Source: Verrucomicrobiia bacterium (GTDB lineage Bacteria; Verrucomicrobiota; Verrucomicrobiia; Limisphaerales; JADLHS01). From it: a DNA stretch of 64,000 nucleotides. Made by a program: the position numbers and the translations under genes. The notes below the pieces were generated by a model that saw only the letters and a list, made by a program, of their open reading frames with translations, was not told the DNA's origin and did no database searches. The DNA is taken from NCBI GenBank assembly GCA_026125285.1, contig JAHCLO010000003.1, positions 40,661 to 104,660 of the forward strand. Direction: 5' to 3'. Shown here one piece after another: positions 44,462 to 54,685 of the stretch. Position 1 is the stretch's first letter. Every line of letters starts with the position of its first letter.

Positions 44462-44868
44462 GGTTCAAGCTTTGAACAACAGTTGCTACCCAGAGCACAG
44501 AGTCGGTTCGCGGAGGCTCTCCTGCTCGGACCGCCGGAAGCGCACGCGTATGCCGCAGAACCAGATCCACCGCACTTGATTTCAAGGCGGCAGTTTTACT
44601 AAGGCTACCCGACGGAGATTGAATCACTTCGCGTGCTCTACGGCAACACCGCACAGCCGTCCACCCGCGGGCACAACTTGGGTTCGGGTGGCTGCACCAG
44701 GCGAATCGCAGCGCCTGAACGCCCCAGACGTCAGGCCTTCGATTCAGCGGACCAGGATTTCGTGGCCTTTCCGGGCGACGGGCGATGGCGGCGTCCAGGT
44801 ATTTGGACCGATCCGGTAAGCGCACGTCCCGCCGTGGTGCAGCCCGTAACCGGGAGATATACCGCCGA

Positions 44869-45783
44869 TCAATCCTGATCTCCCTCCACCGCCTCGATAA
44901 CGGCCTCGATGAAACTTAACGCCGCAGGAGTATCCACTCGGCTACTTGAGGCGTGAGCCACGTCATGAATGTCGCCGCCCGAAACGACGGCCACCAACGT
45001 GAGCTGTCCGGTGACGGAATCCTGCCAGAAGATCGGTCCGCCAGAGTCGTGGTCGGCGTTGCCGCCGTAACCCCGCGCCCAAACCGTGGAAAGCAACAAC
45101 CAATCCGAACGCAATGCCTTGAAGCCACTGTGGGTGAACCGCCGCAGTCCGTCGGGCCGGTCTTCCGCGCGTGAGGGAGGAAAGGTGATGTGCCGGCCGT
45201 AGCCAACCACCGGGAAGTGCGCTGCCCCGCTGGACACATTCCGCAATTGACCGGCTTGGAGCAGGTCATCCAACAGAAATGGGCTTGGCAGTTGCCCCAA
45301 CGGCACATCCGTCACCGGTTCCTTCAGAATCACCACTCCGATGTCCGGCAAGCCCGCAACCCCGCCGGGCACTTCAGCGAAGCGCGAATCATAAGCCGGA
45401 TGTTTGGCAATGGCCGCAACCTCGAGCCAGGTGGCCGGATCGTAGGCGTTCACGCCAAAGCTCACACGCAGGTCATCCAGCGTGCCCAGGCCCGCCGCCA
45501 CAGCCCGCTCGACTTGATCCACCAAATGGCCCGCCGTCAGCAATACACGAGGGTGGATCAGTGTGCCGGAGGAGAAGACGTGTGGGGCGGGGTATTCTGG
45601 ATAGTCCGGAAGATCGTTGACCAGAACTACCGCGCCCACGTTGGCGTGGCGGTTATCCGTGTCCACCTCGCCATTGGTGATGGCGGGGGCAGGCAAAGTC
45701 GCCGCCGCAAGCAGTGTTACAGGCAGGAGAGCCCGCCAGGTGTGGCGGCGGGTCAGAGCAGTTGAGCGTGATTTCATGATCAA
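44869..45783 (-). CDS. secreted trypsin-like (S1) serine protease
   Basis: Signal peptide; LTAGHLV (His), ...DHDSGGPIF (Ser) catalytic contexts. Confidence 0.7.
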   Translation of the reverse strand: MIMKSRSTALTRRHTWRALLPVTLLAAATLPAPAITNGEVDTDNRHANVGAVVLVNDLPDYPEYPAPHVFSSGTLIHPRVLLTAGHLVDQVERAVAAGLGTLDDLRVSFGVNAYDPATWLEVAAIAKHPAYDSRFAEVPGGVAGLPDIGVVILKEPVTDVPLGQLPSPFLLDDLLQAGQLRNVSSGAAHFPVVGYGRHITFPPSRAEDRPDGLRRFTHSGFKALRSDWLLLSTVWARGYGGNADHDSGGPIFWQDSVTGQLTLVAVVSGGDIHDVAHASSSRVDTPAALSFIEAVIEAVEGDQD

Positions 45784-45838
45784 AGATTCTTGGGGATTGG
45801 GTTATGAGTCGGGCTTCGGTGTGATGAAACGGCAATCT

Positions 45839-46267
45839 TCAAGAGCATCGCTCCCAGAGGATGACGACGGGATCCCAATCGCCGATCTGGATCACGCCGA
45901 CAATGTTTCCTTGTTCATCCAGCGCCACAATGCCGGTGCAGACGGTCCGCGTGCGGATCGTGCCGCGGGGATTGTAGCCATCGAAACTGGTTTTACCGCG
46001 GCTGGTGGTGGTCACGACGAGTTTCAGCATGCCGTCGGATGAAATGCTTCCCGAGTATTCCTCCTTGTAGAAAACGTTTTCCACACTGCCGCTGATCTTG
46101 CCGCTGCTGGAAATGACCAATCCCGAGATGTTAAGCCCATGCGGATCCGAGTCGCACCACGTTCCAGCAAAGGGACTGGGAGCGGCTTTGGCGGCCAGAG
46201 CCGGCCAGCCCAGCCCAATGATACCCGCAAGCAAGAGTGTGGTCAGATGATGTTTGATGGTTTTCAT
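45839..46267 (-). CDS. secreted hypothetical protein
   Basis: 142 aa; signal peptide MKTIKHHLTTLLLAGIIGLGWPALAAKA; CA-rich leader upstream. Confidence 0.5.
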   Translation of the reverse strand: MKTIKHHLTTLLLAGIIGLGWPALAAKAAPSPFAGTWCDSDPHGLNISGLVISSSGKISGSVENVFYKEEYSGSISSDGMLKLVVTTTSRGKTSFDGYNPRGTIRTRTVCTGIVALDEQGNIVGVIQIGDWDPVVILWERCS

Positions 46268-46401
46268 GTTTGTTCGTGTTTGGTTGATTTTTTATTTGGT
46301 TGGTTTTTGGCTTTCACCCTCTACAACGAAGAAACCGGAAGAAGGTCACGCGACAATCGTTCACCGCCACGGCCGTCGGCCGTCAGGGGGTAAGCAACCC
46401 G

Positions 46402-49400
46402 TCAAGGGTTGGTGGGCGGCAAGCTGCTTTCCGCCGAGGATGGGGCCGGTCTTGAAGCAGTTTCGTCCGTATTGACGATGCCCAAGGCTTCGCGAAAGAG
46501 CATGCGTGCCATGAGCCAGTCATGCCAATCATTGTCGAGGAAGGGCGGCCCTGCGGGTGGATCGGCAGCATGTGAGAGGATCGCTCGACCGAGGTTGAGG
46601 AATTTGGCCGCTTCCTGGGGCCGGCCCAGATGATGGAAGATCAGGCCGCCCAGCGAATAGGCGAATGCGTCGTAGGGGAATACTCCTCTCGGGGGGGCGC
46701 AACGGGTAAACCATTCCGTGGCTTGGGCATGGTTACCGCCGCGAAATTCGGCCAGCGTCTTGGCGAGCAAGAAATAAACGTAATACGAGTGTCTCTCGGT
46801 GCCGGCAATGGTTCGGTTGGCCAAAGCGAGAGCATCGTTCAAATCGGCACCCAACGTGGGCACGAGGAGGCCGGCCTTGGCGATACGTTCCAGCACCTCT
46901 GGCTGGTCGCTGTCTCCGAAGCGGGCGAGCATTTCGCGCCAGGTCTTGCGGTAGCTCGTTTCGTCTCCCACCTGAAGATGGAGGATCACAGCGCGGTACC
47001 AATTAAAGTGATCGCCGGGATCCAACTCCAGCACGCAGACGATGGCGGCGCGGGCATCCTGCCACCGCCCCAAGCGGGCACAGGCATCAGCCAGTGCCAT
47101 GTGGGCAGCCGCAGACTGCGGTTCGATCTGTGCCTTCTCCTGCGCGCGCTTCACCAACTCAGTCGAGCGTGATGCTGCGCGAAGCGCCGCCTGCATTGAG
47201 GCAGCCCGCTGGTCGCCCGGATTAACCCGGAGGGCTTCGCGAATCACGGCCTCAGCTTCCGGCTGTCGCCCCAGCCGGAGAAGCGTTTCGGTGAGAGCCA
47301 AATAGGGCTCGAGGAAGTCGGGTTGCGCTTCAATCGCTGCCCGAAGTTCAGGTTCCGCGGCGGCATATTCGCCCAGGACGAACAGTTGCCCGGCCAGGTT
47401 GTACCGCGTAATGGCGCGGGTAGGAACAACGCGGACCGCCTCCCGGTAAGCAGCAATCGCCTCCTGAACTCGACCTTGTTCTTGCAGAACGAAGCCCAGG
47501 CCCTGATGCGCTGAGTCGGCGACCGGGTCGCGGCGAAGCGCCTCACGGAAGATTGCCTCGGCTTCGTCCCATCGGCCCTGTTCCGATAGGAGCGTCGCCA
47601 GGCTGAGGTGCGTCTTGGACCCGGTGATGCCCAGGCGAATGGCTTCGCGATATTCGGCTTCGGCCTCCGCCACCTCCCCTTCGTACAAAAGGACCGTGGC
47701 TAGGTCAGCCCGTTCCGCCGGGTGATCGGGCGCCAGATGCACGGCTTGGCGGAACACTTCTTTGGCATCGGCCCACCGCCCCTGTTGCAGGAGAAAACCG
47801 CCCAAGTGGTACAGGTGGTGAGGGTCGTCAGGTTTCAGACGGATGGCCTCCCGGAATTTCAGTTCGGCATTCCGGGCATCGCCCCGGGCCAAAAGCACGC
47901 CGCCTAACACCCGGTGAGACAGTGCAAAGTCGGGTTGCATCCGGATGGCCTCCCGCAGTTCTTCCTCTGCTTCCTCGAGACGATTGCATTTCAAGAGGGC
48001 AATTCCCAGGTTAATCCGGAAGACAGGGCGACGCGGGCACAGCGCCAGAGCGGCTCGAAAACATTCCACCGCCCGTTCGGGACTTACGGGCAGAAGACAC
48101 GCACCCAATTGCTGGTGCAGCCAATAGTCACCCGGGTGGTGCCTACATGCATGGGTGAGGATGTCCACCGCGAGCGGACGCTCATCGGCAAGCTGCAGCA
48201 GACTGCTAATGAGCAGGATCGTGTGTGGCGCTTGCTCCGCCAATTCTGGTTGTCGAGCCAGAAACCGGAGGGTTTCCTTGTCGGCACGCTGGTAGGCGTC
48301 AAGAAGTCGTTCCCGCCACGGAGCGGGGTCGCATTGTCGCGCAACCGCGATCAAGTGCTCCCGGCCCGGAAGTCTTCCCGTTTCCTTGACTTCCAGCCAA
48401 TCATCCAAGCCGAAGACGAGTTGAGCATGGATCGCAGAGGCGCGGACGCGTCGCCCGACTTCATCGGGGGTGAGGGATTCCAAATCCAACCCATATCGCC
48501 GGAAGGCAGCCTGGTAGGCACGATCGCCGGCGAGATAGTCGAAATGGTCATCCTTCACCTCGCTGCGCTCGAAGCGGATCTCCTCCAAGCGCTCCGCCAT
48601 TTCCAGGTCCCGGCGCAGCGCAAGCACCTGTCGATCAAGTTTGGATCTGCCTTCCCCCGGCGGGATCAGGTCCTCGGCACGTCTCAACGCCGCAGACGCT
48701 TCGAGCAACTTGTGGTTATGGATGGCCTCAGCCCCGTCGGCGAGCGCTTGGGAGATGCGTTGATCGAATGCCAACTGGCGCACGATTCGATCCCGCACCG
48801 ACCACCCGATGCCGACGACCATGGCTAGGAGTGCAATCAGGGCGAGCGAGGCGGCTACCAGCGATACCCGATGCCGCCGGGCAAATTTCTTCAGCCGATA
48901 GGAAGTCGAGGGTGGGCCTGCCCGCACCGGCTGGTCGCGGAGATAACGCTCCAAGTCTCGCGCCAGTGCGCCGGCCGACTCGTAGCGCCGGTCACGCTCC
49001 TTCTCCAGGCATTTCATGACGATCCAGTCGAGTTCGCCGCGCAGGGCGGTCGTCAGACTCCGCGGCTCCAGTCCCCGGCGGGCCGCGTTCGCGGGCAAGG
49101 TCGCTGAACTCGCCAATCGCGCGCTGGGTTTGGCCGGCTCCTCCTGGCGAATGATGCGCAACACCTCGTCGAACGCCGCCGAACGCAACCGCTCCCTCGC
49201 AAAGGGCCGCTCTCCGGTAAGCAGCTCGTAGAGGAGCACTCCAAGCGAATACAGGTCCGACCGGGTGTCAACGTTTGAGTGATCGAGCCGGGCCTGCTCG
49301 GGGCTCATGTAGTCTATGGTGCCAACGATCTGACCTGCCTGGGTGAAGACTGTGTGTTCGGTCAATGGGTCGCCGATCGCCTTGGCCAGACCAAAGTCAA

Positions 49401-49995
49401 TGACTTTGGCCGCTGGTCGCCCGTCCAGTTCGGTGACGAGCACGTTCGACGGTTTGAGGTCGCGGTGAAGGATTCCCTTTTGATGGGCGTGTTGCACGGC
49501 CTGACAAACGGGAATCATCAAAGCCAGCCGCTCCCGCAGGGAAAGCCGGCGCCGGTCACAGAACTCGGTGATGGGCGCGCCCTGGACCAGCTCCATCACG
49601 AAATACGGCCGGCCCTGCTGGGTGGTGCCGGCGTCCAACACCCGCGCAATGTGCGGATGGTCCATCAAAGCCAACGCCTGCCGCTCCGCTTCAAACCGCG
49701 CGATCACGCGTCGGCTGTCCATGCCCGGTTTGATGAGCTTGAGCGCGACCCGCCTTTGGATCGGCTCGGTTTGCTCGGCCAGAAAGACCGCGCCCATCCC
49801 GCCCTCGGCGAGTAGTTCCAGCAGACGATACGCGCCGATCTCCGTCCCTACCGCGACAACCGCTTCCCGGGTCTCGCGCGCCAGGTCTGCCGGGAACGCG
49901 GCGAACACCTTGAGCAAGCAGCGGGGGCAAAATCCACCCGGCGCGTCACTTGGAAGTGACGCGTGGCACACCGGACATACTTGTGCCGTACTCAT
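46402..49995 (-). CDS. Ser/Thr protein kinase with N-terminal zinc-ribbon-like motif, TM segment and long TPR array
   Basis: 1197 aa; CPVCHASLPSDAPGGFCPRCL; GGMGAVFLAE, VALKLIK, HRDLKPSNVL, DFGLAK; TM LVAASLALIALLAMVVGIGW; many 34-aa A/L/Y-rich repeats (...AIAAYREAVRVVP...). Confidence 0.9.
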   Translation of the reverse strand: MSTAQVCPVCHASLPSDAPGGFCPRCLLKVFAAFPADLARETREAVVAVGTEIGAYRLLELLAEGGMGAVFLAEQTEPIQRRVALKLIKPGMDSRRVIARFEAERQALALMDHPHIARVLDAGTTQQGRPYFVMELVQGAPITEFCDRRRLSLRERLALMIPVCQAVQHAHQKGILHRDLKPSNVLVTELDGRPAAKVIDFGLAKAIGDPLTEHTVFTQAGQIVGTIDYMSPEQARLDHSNVDTRSDLYSLGVLLYELLTGERPFARERLRSAAFDEVLRIIRQEEPAKPSARLASSATLPANAARRGLEPRSLTTALRGELDWIVMKCLEKERDRRYESAGALARDLERYLRDQPVRAGPPSTSYRLKKFARRHRVSLVAASLALIALLAMVVGIGWSVRDRIVRQLAFDQRISQALADGAEAIHNHKLLEASAALRRAEDLIPPGEGRSKLDRQVLALRRDLEMAERLEEIRFERSEVKDDHFDYLAGDRAYQAAFRRYGLDLESLTPDEVGRRVRASAIHAQLVFGLDDWLEVKETGRLPGREHLIAVARQCDPAPWRERLLDAYQRADKETLRFLARQPELAEQAPHTILLISSLLQLADERPLAVDILTHACRHHPGDYWLHQQLGACLLPVSPERAVECFRAALALCPRRPVFRINLGIALLKCNRLEEAEEELREAIRMQPDFALSHRVLGGVLLARGDARNAELKFREAIRLKPDDPHHLYHLGGFLLQQGRWADAKEVFRQAVHLAPDHPAERADLATVLLYEGEVAEAEAEYREAIRLGITGSKTHLSLATLLSEQGRWDEAEAIFREALRRDPVADSAHQGLGFVLQEQGRVQEAIAAYREAVRVVPTRAITRYNLAGQLFVLGEYAAAEPELRAAIEAQPDFLEPYLALTETLLRLGRQPEAEAVIREALRVNPGDQRAASMQAALRAASRSTELVKRAQEKAQIEPQSAAAHMALADACARLGRWQDARAAIVCVLELDPGDHFNWYRAVILHLQVGDETSYRKTWREMLARFGDSDQPEVLERIAKAGLLVPTLGADLNDALALANRTIAGTERHSYYVYFLLAKTLAEFRGGNHAQATEWFTRCAPPRGVFPYDAFAYSLGGLIFHHLGRPQEAAKFLNLGRAILSHAADPPAGPPFLDNDWHDWLMARMLFREALGIVNTDETASRPAPSSAESSLPPTNP

Positions 49996-50101
49996 TAAAC
50001 CTGCGCCTAAACGTGCAAAACCGTCCGCATTTGAGCTTACGATAAATCCACGTCAAAGTCACAATTGAAGCCATCATCGCGCCTCGGTGTGGTCGCCATT
50101 G

Positions 50102-50851
50102 TCAATTCATCAACACCGTGAACAAATGCCGCACTTCATCCTCAACGTCCTGCTCTGACGCCACCGTGCTCGCAATCTCATCCCGGAAAATCTCCCGGCC
50201 GCGCTGGCGCAATCGCAGCACCGCCATTTTCACCGCGCCTTCCGTCATGCCCAGACGCCTGCCGATTTCCGCGTAAGATGGGCTGGCATCGTCCGCGAGC
50301 AGGAAGGGTTGCAACTGGGCAAAACGTTCCGCTGTGCGGGCATCGGCGGCTTCGGCCTTGAGTCGTTCGAGCACACGTTCCAGCACCATCATGGCCCAGC
50401 GCCGTTCATACAGGGTTTCCGGGTCACGGCGGTCCACCGGTTCGATGCGATACCGTTCCTCGGCCGTCTGGACTTCGAGGGGAATGGTGATGACCGTGCC
50501 GCCGCGTTTCTGCGCGGTTTGCTTGCGCCGTTCGTCGGCGAGAAAATTGCGCAGCGCGGTCAGCAGAAAGGAGCGGAATTTGCCTCTGGCGGGATGAACC
50601 GCGGCCAGCCGCTGGTTCTGGAGCAGGTGCGCGAAGAAGCCCTGGACGGCATCCTGCGCGTCCGCCGGCGATTGTCCGGTGCGCCGTAGGTAGGCGTAAA
50701 GCGGATACCAATACGAAGTGCATAATGTCGCCAGGGCCTGATCCGCCTGCGGCGAAGCGGTGTCCCCCGCCGCCAGCACGACACTCCAATGGGTGGTCGC
50801 GAAAACCCCGGCGGTACGAGGCACAGTAGTGGCGGACTGATTCTCGGGCAT
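50102..50851 (-). CDS. ECF-type sigma-70 factor
   Basis: Start trimmed to MPENQSATTV (ATG rc of 50849-50851); THWSVVLAAG N-terminus, sigma-2 (YWYPLYAYLRR...DAQDAVQGFF) and sigma-4 HTH (SYAEIGRRLGMTEGAVKMAVLRLRQR); immediately upstream of the kinase. Confidence 0.85.
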   Translation of the reverse strand: MPENQSATTVPRTAGVFATTHWSVVLAAGDTASPQADQALATLCTSYWYPLYAYLRRTGQSPADAQDAVQGFFAHLLQNQRLAAVHPARGKFRSFLLTALRNFLADERRKQTAQKRGGTVITIPLEVQTAEERYRIEPVDRRDPETLYERRWAMMVLERVLERLKAEAADARTAERFAQLQPFLLADDASPSYAEIGRRLGMTEGAVKMAVLRLRQRGREIFRDEIASTVASEQDVEDEVRHLFTVLMN

Positions 50852-50984
50852 GGCACAGCCTAACAAACCAGGAGGGCCATTGGGAAGTTTGCAACTTCGG
50901 CGCCAAGGTGAGAAAGTAAGGATCAAATCCACGACCATCACTGTAGGCACCGCAGAGCGCATCGTCCTCCGTCCAACTGATCGG

Positions 50985-52196
50985 CTAATTGTCGCTGCCC
51001 GTGGTGCCACGTCGGAGGGTTTCCTCGGGCGACCAACGGGCTTCCTTGATGACCGGTTTTGGCGTCAGATTATCTGGGGTATTCATCGCAGCAATGATCG
51101 GCTCGAAGAACGGACGCAAGGGATCGTAATGCGCGCCCCCAGGCTTGCGCGGCCACGATTTCCCGGCGCGGGCCACCACCAGGTCAAGCGACGGCACCAC
51201 GAAAATCACGCTGTCGTAAAGCCCCCACGACCAGAACGCGTCGCGCGGCACGTTGGCTAGTGCGCCATCGGCGTTGTTCCACCAGAGCAAACCGTAGTGT
51301 TTCGGTGCAGCCGGGCCGGCTTCGTTGAGCGAATTGGGATGAACAGGCAGGTCCGCGAACGCGGGCACCGGCCGGCGTACCTTCTCCACAAATTCCCGCG
51401 GTAGCAATTGCTCCTCCCGCCAGCGCCCTCCGCGCAACATCAGCAGGCCGGTGCGCGCCATGGCGTCCACGTTTGCACTGATGCCGGCGCCGAATTCGCG
51501 CCGGCCGATACCCTCGATAAGCGCCGGCCGGTATTGATTTTTGCGCCAGACAAGATCGTCGCGCCGGATGCCGATCGGTGTGAATACGCGCTCGAACAGC
51601 AAATCATCCAAGTCGCGCCGGTAGGCAAGCGTGAGGCACTCGGCCAGCCAGTTCGGACCACTGTCGCTGTAATCCCACATCGTGCCGGGACGAAAAGATT
51701 GTCGGGTGAATCCGCCCGGTTTTTCAAAACCGGCGGTGTGCGTTGCCAGATGAAGCAAGGTGATTTCAGCGAGCCAGCCGGTATTCGTGTTTGTGTCCGG
51801 CGGGGTGCCGAGCGTCGGATGCACCGGTTGTGCGCGATCCTCCATGCGCAACTGGCCATCTTTCACGGCCAGCCCAAACGCAATGGAACCGAAAGATTTG
51901 GTTGTGGATTTCAGATCGTAACGCTGCCGGACATCTCCCCACGCCATTACGAGCCGCCCGTGGCGTGTGATGTAACCCGATCCACCCGCCGACCGCGCAT
52001 AATCACGCGCCGACTTCAAGCCTGCACCATCCATACCCACTTCAGCGGGTGAGGCTTCATTCCAGGTCGTATCCGGCCAAAACTCCACTCCGGGCAGGGG
52101 TTGGGCCGGCAGAACAGTCAACGCAATGAAGCTGGCCAGAAGTGGCATTCGGGCGGCCGCCCGGATTCGTGCAAGTACAGCATATCTGCGGTTCAT
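50985..52196 (-). CDS. serine hydrolase of the beta-lactamase/transpeptidase fold
   Basis: Start trimmed to MNRRYAVLARIRAAARMPLLASFIALTVLPA (ATG rc of 52194-52196); SxxK motif in DLKSTTKSFGS. Confidence 0.65.
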   Translation of the reverse strand: MNRRYAVLARIRAAARMPLLASFIALTVLPAQPLPGVEFWPDTTWNEASPAEVGMDGAGLKSARDYARSAGGSGYITRHGRLVMAWGDVRQRYDLKSTTKSFGSIAFGLAVKDGQLRMEDRAQPVHPTLGTPPDTNTNTGWLAEITLLHLATHTAGFEKPGGFTRQSFRPGTMWDYSDSGPNWLAECLTLAYRRDLDDLLFERVFTPIGIRRDDLVWRKNQYRPALIEGIGRREFGAGISANVDAMARTGLLMLRGGRWREEQLLPREFVEKVRRPVPAFADLPVHPNSLNEAGPAAPKHYGLLWWNNADGALANVPRDAFWSWGLYDSVIFVVPSLDLVVARAGKSWPRKPGGAHYDPLRPFFEPIIAAMNTPDNLTPKPVIKEARWSPEETLRRGTTGSDN

Positions 52197-52293
52197 GCCC
52201 GCATTGAGAAGGAATCGCAGCCCCGGCGCAAGCACTGGAAGCAGCGCCTCTGGAAGAGTCGTGATGGTTGAGCAGGGGCGTGAGCGAAGCGGT

Positions 52294-53901
52294 TCAGTCT
52301 GTCTCCCGGGGAAGGTTCGCCACAAACTTCTTCCACAACTCGATTTCGACGTAGAGTTCGAGGAAACTGCCCGGACGCAATTCGTAGAGGCCGGTCATGA
52401 GATACGCCTTGTCGGATTTGTCATCCAACCGCGCCTGAAGCTTGGGCGAAGCGATGATGATGGGTGCGTAGGGATCGGTTGGAACGCCATCCCACCAGCC
52501 CACGTGTGCAAAACGACGCAAGTACCAGGGCAGAGGCAGATAGCTGTCGGGCGAAAACACCTTGATCACAGTTTCGTATCCGTCGGGCGACGTGCGAGCA
52601 ATGGCGTCAACGCGCTCCACAAGCTTCAGCAGGTTCACCGAAGTGTGGGCGTAAACGTAAGGATTCCTTCGATCAGCGGCATACGGCTGACTGGCACGCC
52701 AAGCCTGCCAAACCAGATGCCCGGTGCCGGCGAGTAATGCGGTGGCAACGATGCTGACCGTGAGTTTGCGTCGGCACAATTGCCACAGCGCCGCCGCGCC
52801 AATGCCGGCCAGCAGAATCATGCCGAGTTGAAAGTTCAACAGGCACCACGGTGTTTTGTAGGAGATGACGGTGTAAATTGCCGTGAGGATGACTGTGTAG
52901 AAGGTGAGAAAGCGGGCGAGGGTGGCGCTGCCGAGGATCGTCCGATTGCTACAGAACGCCACGGCCATGCCGACCAATGCCAGCACCAGGATCAATCCTT
53001 CGCTCCACAGCGGACCTTTGGGTGATTGAAACCAGAACAGCCGCTCGAAGTAAAACGTCCACGGATGAATGTGCGGCGATTGACCTCCGGCGCGATCCAG
53101 CCACGGCAGGTAAGTGAGCACCGAATCCAGCGGCCCACGGGCGTTGGTGAAGAAGGAGGTGAACAGCACGAGTGACACGCCCATCGCCACCAGTGCAGCC
53201 AGTGCCACGTGTCGCCCGTTCCAAAATGCCAGAAATGGGCGCAGGGTGAATGGGGAAGCCTGGCGCGTCCCGGTTTCGCCGGGAAGCACAGCGGACCTGC
53301 GCCGTCGCCACGCGTTCCACCAAACTGTGGCCAACATGGCCAGACCCATCGCGGCCCCGGACAGCACAAAGGTTTCCTTGGTGGCATACATCAGCCCGAA
53401 GCCGAGTCCCGCGAGCGCCGCCCACAGCGCCCGGCGCGTTTCCACATACCGCCAGCCCGCAGCCAGGGTAAACAGGGTGAGAAACACCAACAGCATTTCG
53501 TGGATGAAATAGCGGCTGTAGAAAACCATGGCGGGCGAAACGGCGAGGAAAACTGCTGCCCAGATGGTGGCCCCGCGCCCCAACCCCTGCGCCAATGGCA
53601 GTAGCAGCAGAATCAACCCCGTGCCAAACACCACCGGTGCCAGGCGCAGTGTGATTTCGGTCAACTCCGTCGCGTTGCGCGCGGAGCTTAACCAAAGAAA
53701 AGGCAGGGAGAAATAATAGAGCGTCGGCCCGTGGAACTCGTCGGGGTCATAGGCATAAACGCCTTTTTCCCACAACTCGACCAGCTTGTAGGCGTTGATG
53801 CCCTCATCGTTGTGCAGCGGGCGGGCATCCAACCGGGGGAGGCGCAACGCCAGCGCACCGGCGACTGCCAGCAGCACCGCCAGTGCGCCCCAACGGTTCA
53901 T
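52294..53901 (-). CDS. GT39/ArnT-like (PMT_2) polytopic glycosyltransferase
   Basis: 535 aa, >10 TM; N-terminal LRLPRLDARPLHNDEGINAYK...DEFHGPTLYY loop typical of dolichyl/undecaprenyl-phosphate-sugar transferases. Confidence 0.7.
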   Translation of the reverse strand: MNRWGALAVLLAVAGALALRLPRLDARPLHNDEGINAYKLVELWEKGVYAYDPDEFHGPTLYYFSLPFLWLSSARNATELTEITLRLAPVVFGTGLILLLLPLAQGLGRGATIWAAVFLAVSPAMVFYSRYFIHEMLLVFLTLFTLAAGWRYVETRRALWAALAGLGFGLMYATKETFVLSGAAMGLAMLATVWWNAWRRRRSAVLPGETGTRQASPFTLRPFLAFWNGRHVALAALVAMGVSLVLFTSFFTNARGPLDSVLTYLPWLDRAGGQSPHIHPWTFYFERLFWFQSPKGPLWSEGLILVLALVGMAVAFCSNRTILGSATLARFLTFYTVILTAIYTVISYKTPWCLLNFQLGMILLAGIGAAALWQLCRRKLTVSIVATALLAGTGHLVWQAWRASQPYAADRRNPYVYAHTSVNLLKLVERVDAIARTSPDGYETVIKVFSPDSYLPLPWYLRRFAHVGWWDGVPTDPYAPIIIASPKLQARLDDKSDKAYLMTGLYELRPGSFLELYVEIELWKKFVANLPRETD

Positions 53902-54596
53902 TTGGCCGGCAGAGCGTAAATCTCAATCTCCTGCCAGCAATTCAACGCGCTCAACGTGCCGCCGCGTGTGTAGCCACGGACGTAGCGCCCCTTGACGCCC
54001 TTCACTTCCACGATTCTGCCTTCGTGGGTTTCGAAGTATTCGCGATCGGTGCCCACCCCCAGGCCGGAGGAGTTGTCCACGTCATTGTTGAACACCGTGA
54101 CCACGTCCTTTTGAAATTCCGGGTCGTTGGAAACTTGCAGGATGACATCGTGCATCACCTGGATGTACCGGTGGTCATGCCACATGACGATGGCGTGAAT
54201 TTCATAGACTTCACCCAAGTCCACCTGAATCCATTGCGTGCCCCGGCGCATTTCCACCGCGTCGTAGTCAAACGCCTCCTTCTTGCCGTCGGTAATCTGG
54301 TTGAGTTCGCCGCTGAACGGTTTGACGCTGCTGGTCACCGGTTTGCCCAAGGCAACGTTCTGCACGCCTTTGGTAACCATGAATGGCGGACGGGGTTTGT
54401 CGGAAAGGGGATCAATGTTCGGCCCCAGGGGCAGGTCCTCCGGCGTACCCTTGAGCGTGGGTGCGGGGAGACTCAACCGCAGGACTTCTTTGGCGTCATT
54501 GCCCAGGGCGGATTGGGAGAATTGCACGGCGTTCAGGACCACGGCCGCAACCAGGGCCGCCGCGAGGCTCGATTTCAATTTCAGCATGTTTTTCAT
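53898..54596 (-). CDS. secreted discoidin (F5/8 type C)-like carbohydrate-binding domain protein
   Basis: Signal peptide; ...NVALGKPVTSS...ITDG...WIQVDLGEVYEIHAIVMWH...EIEIYA pattern of galactose-binding-like domains; ATGA overlap with the GT39 gene. Confidence 0.65.
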   Translation of the reverse strand: MKNMLKLKSSLAAALVAAVVLNAVQFSQSALGNDAKEVLRLSLPAPTLKGTPEDLPLGPNIDPLSDKPRPPFMVTKGVQNVALGKPVTSSVKPFSGELNQITDGKKEAFDYDAVEMRRGTQWIQVDLGEVYEIHAIVMWHDHRYIQVMHDVILQVSNDPEFQKDVVTVFNNDVDNSSGLGVGTDREYFETHEGRIVEVKGVKGRYVRGYTRGGTLSALNCWQEIEIYALPAK

Positions 54597-54685
54597 AGTT
54601 AGCTTCGTTTCGCTGACGTTACGTTAACGGAACACCCCAGCGCGTTCAAAATCAATTTTGCAGACGCGCTCAAGCGCCCACGTAT

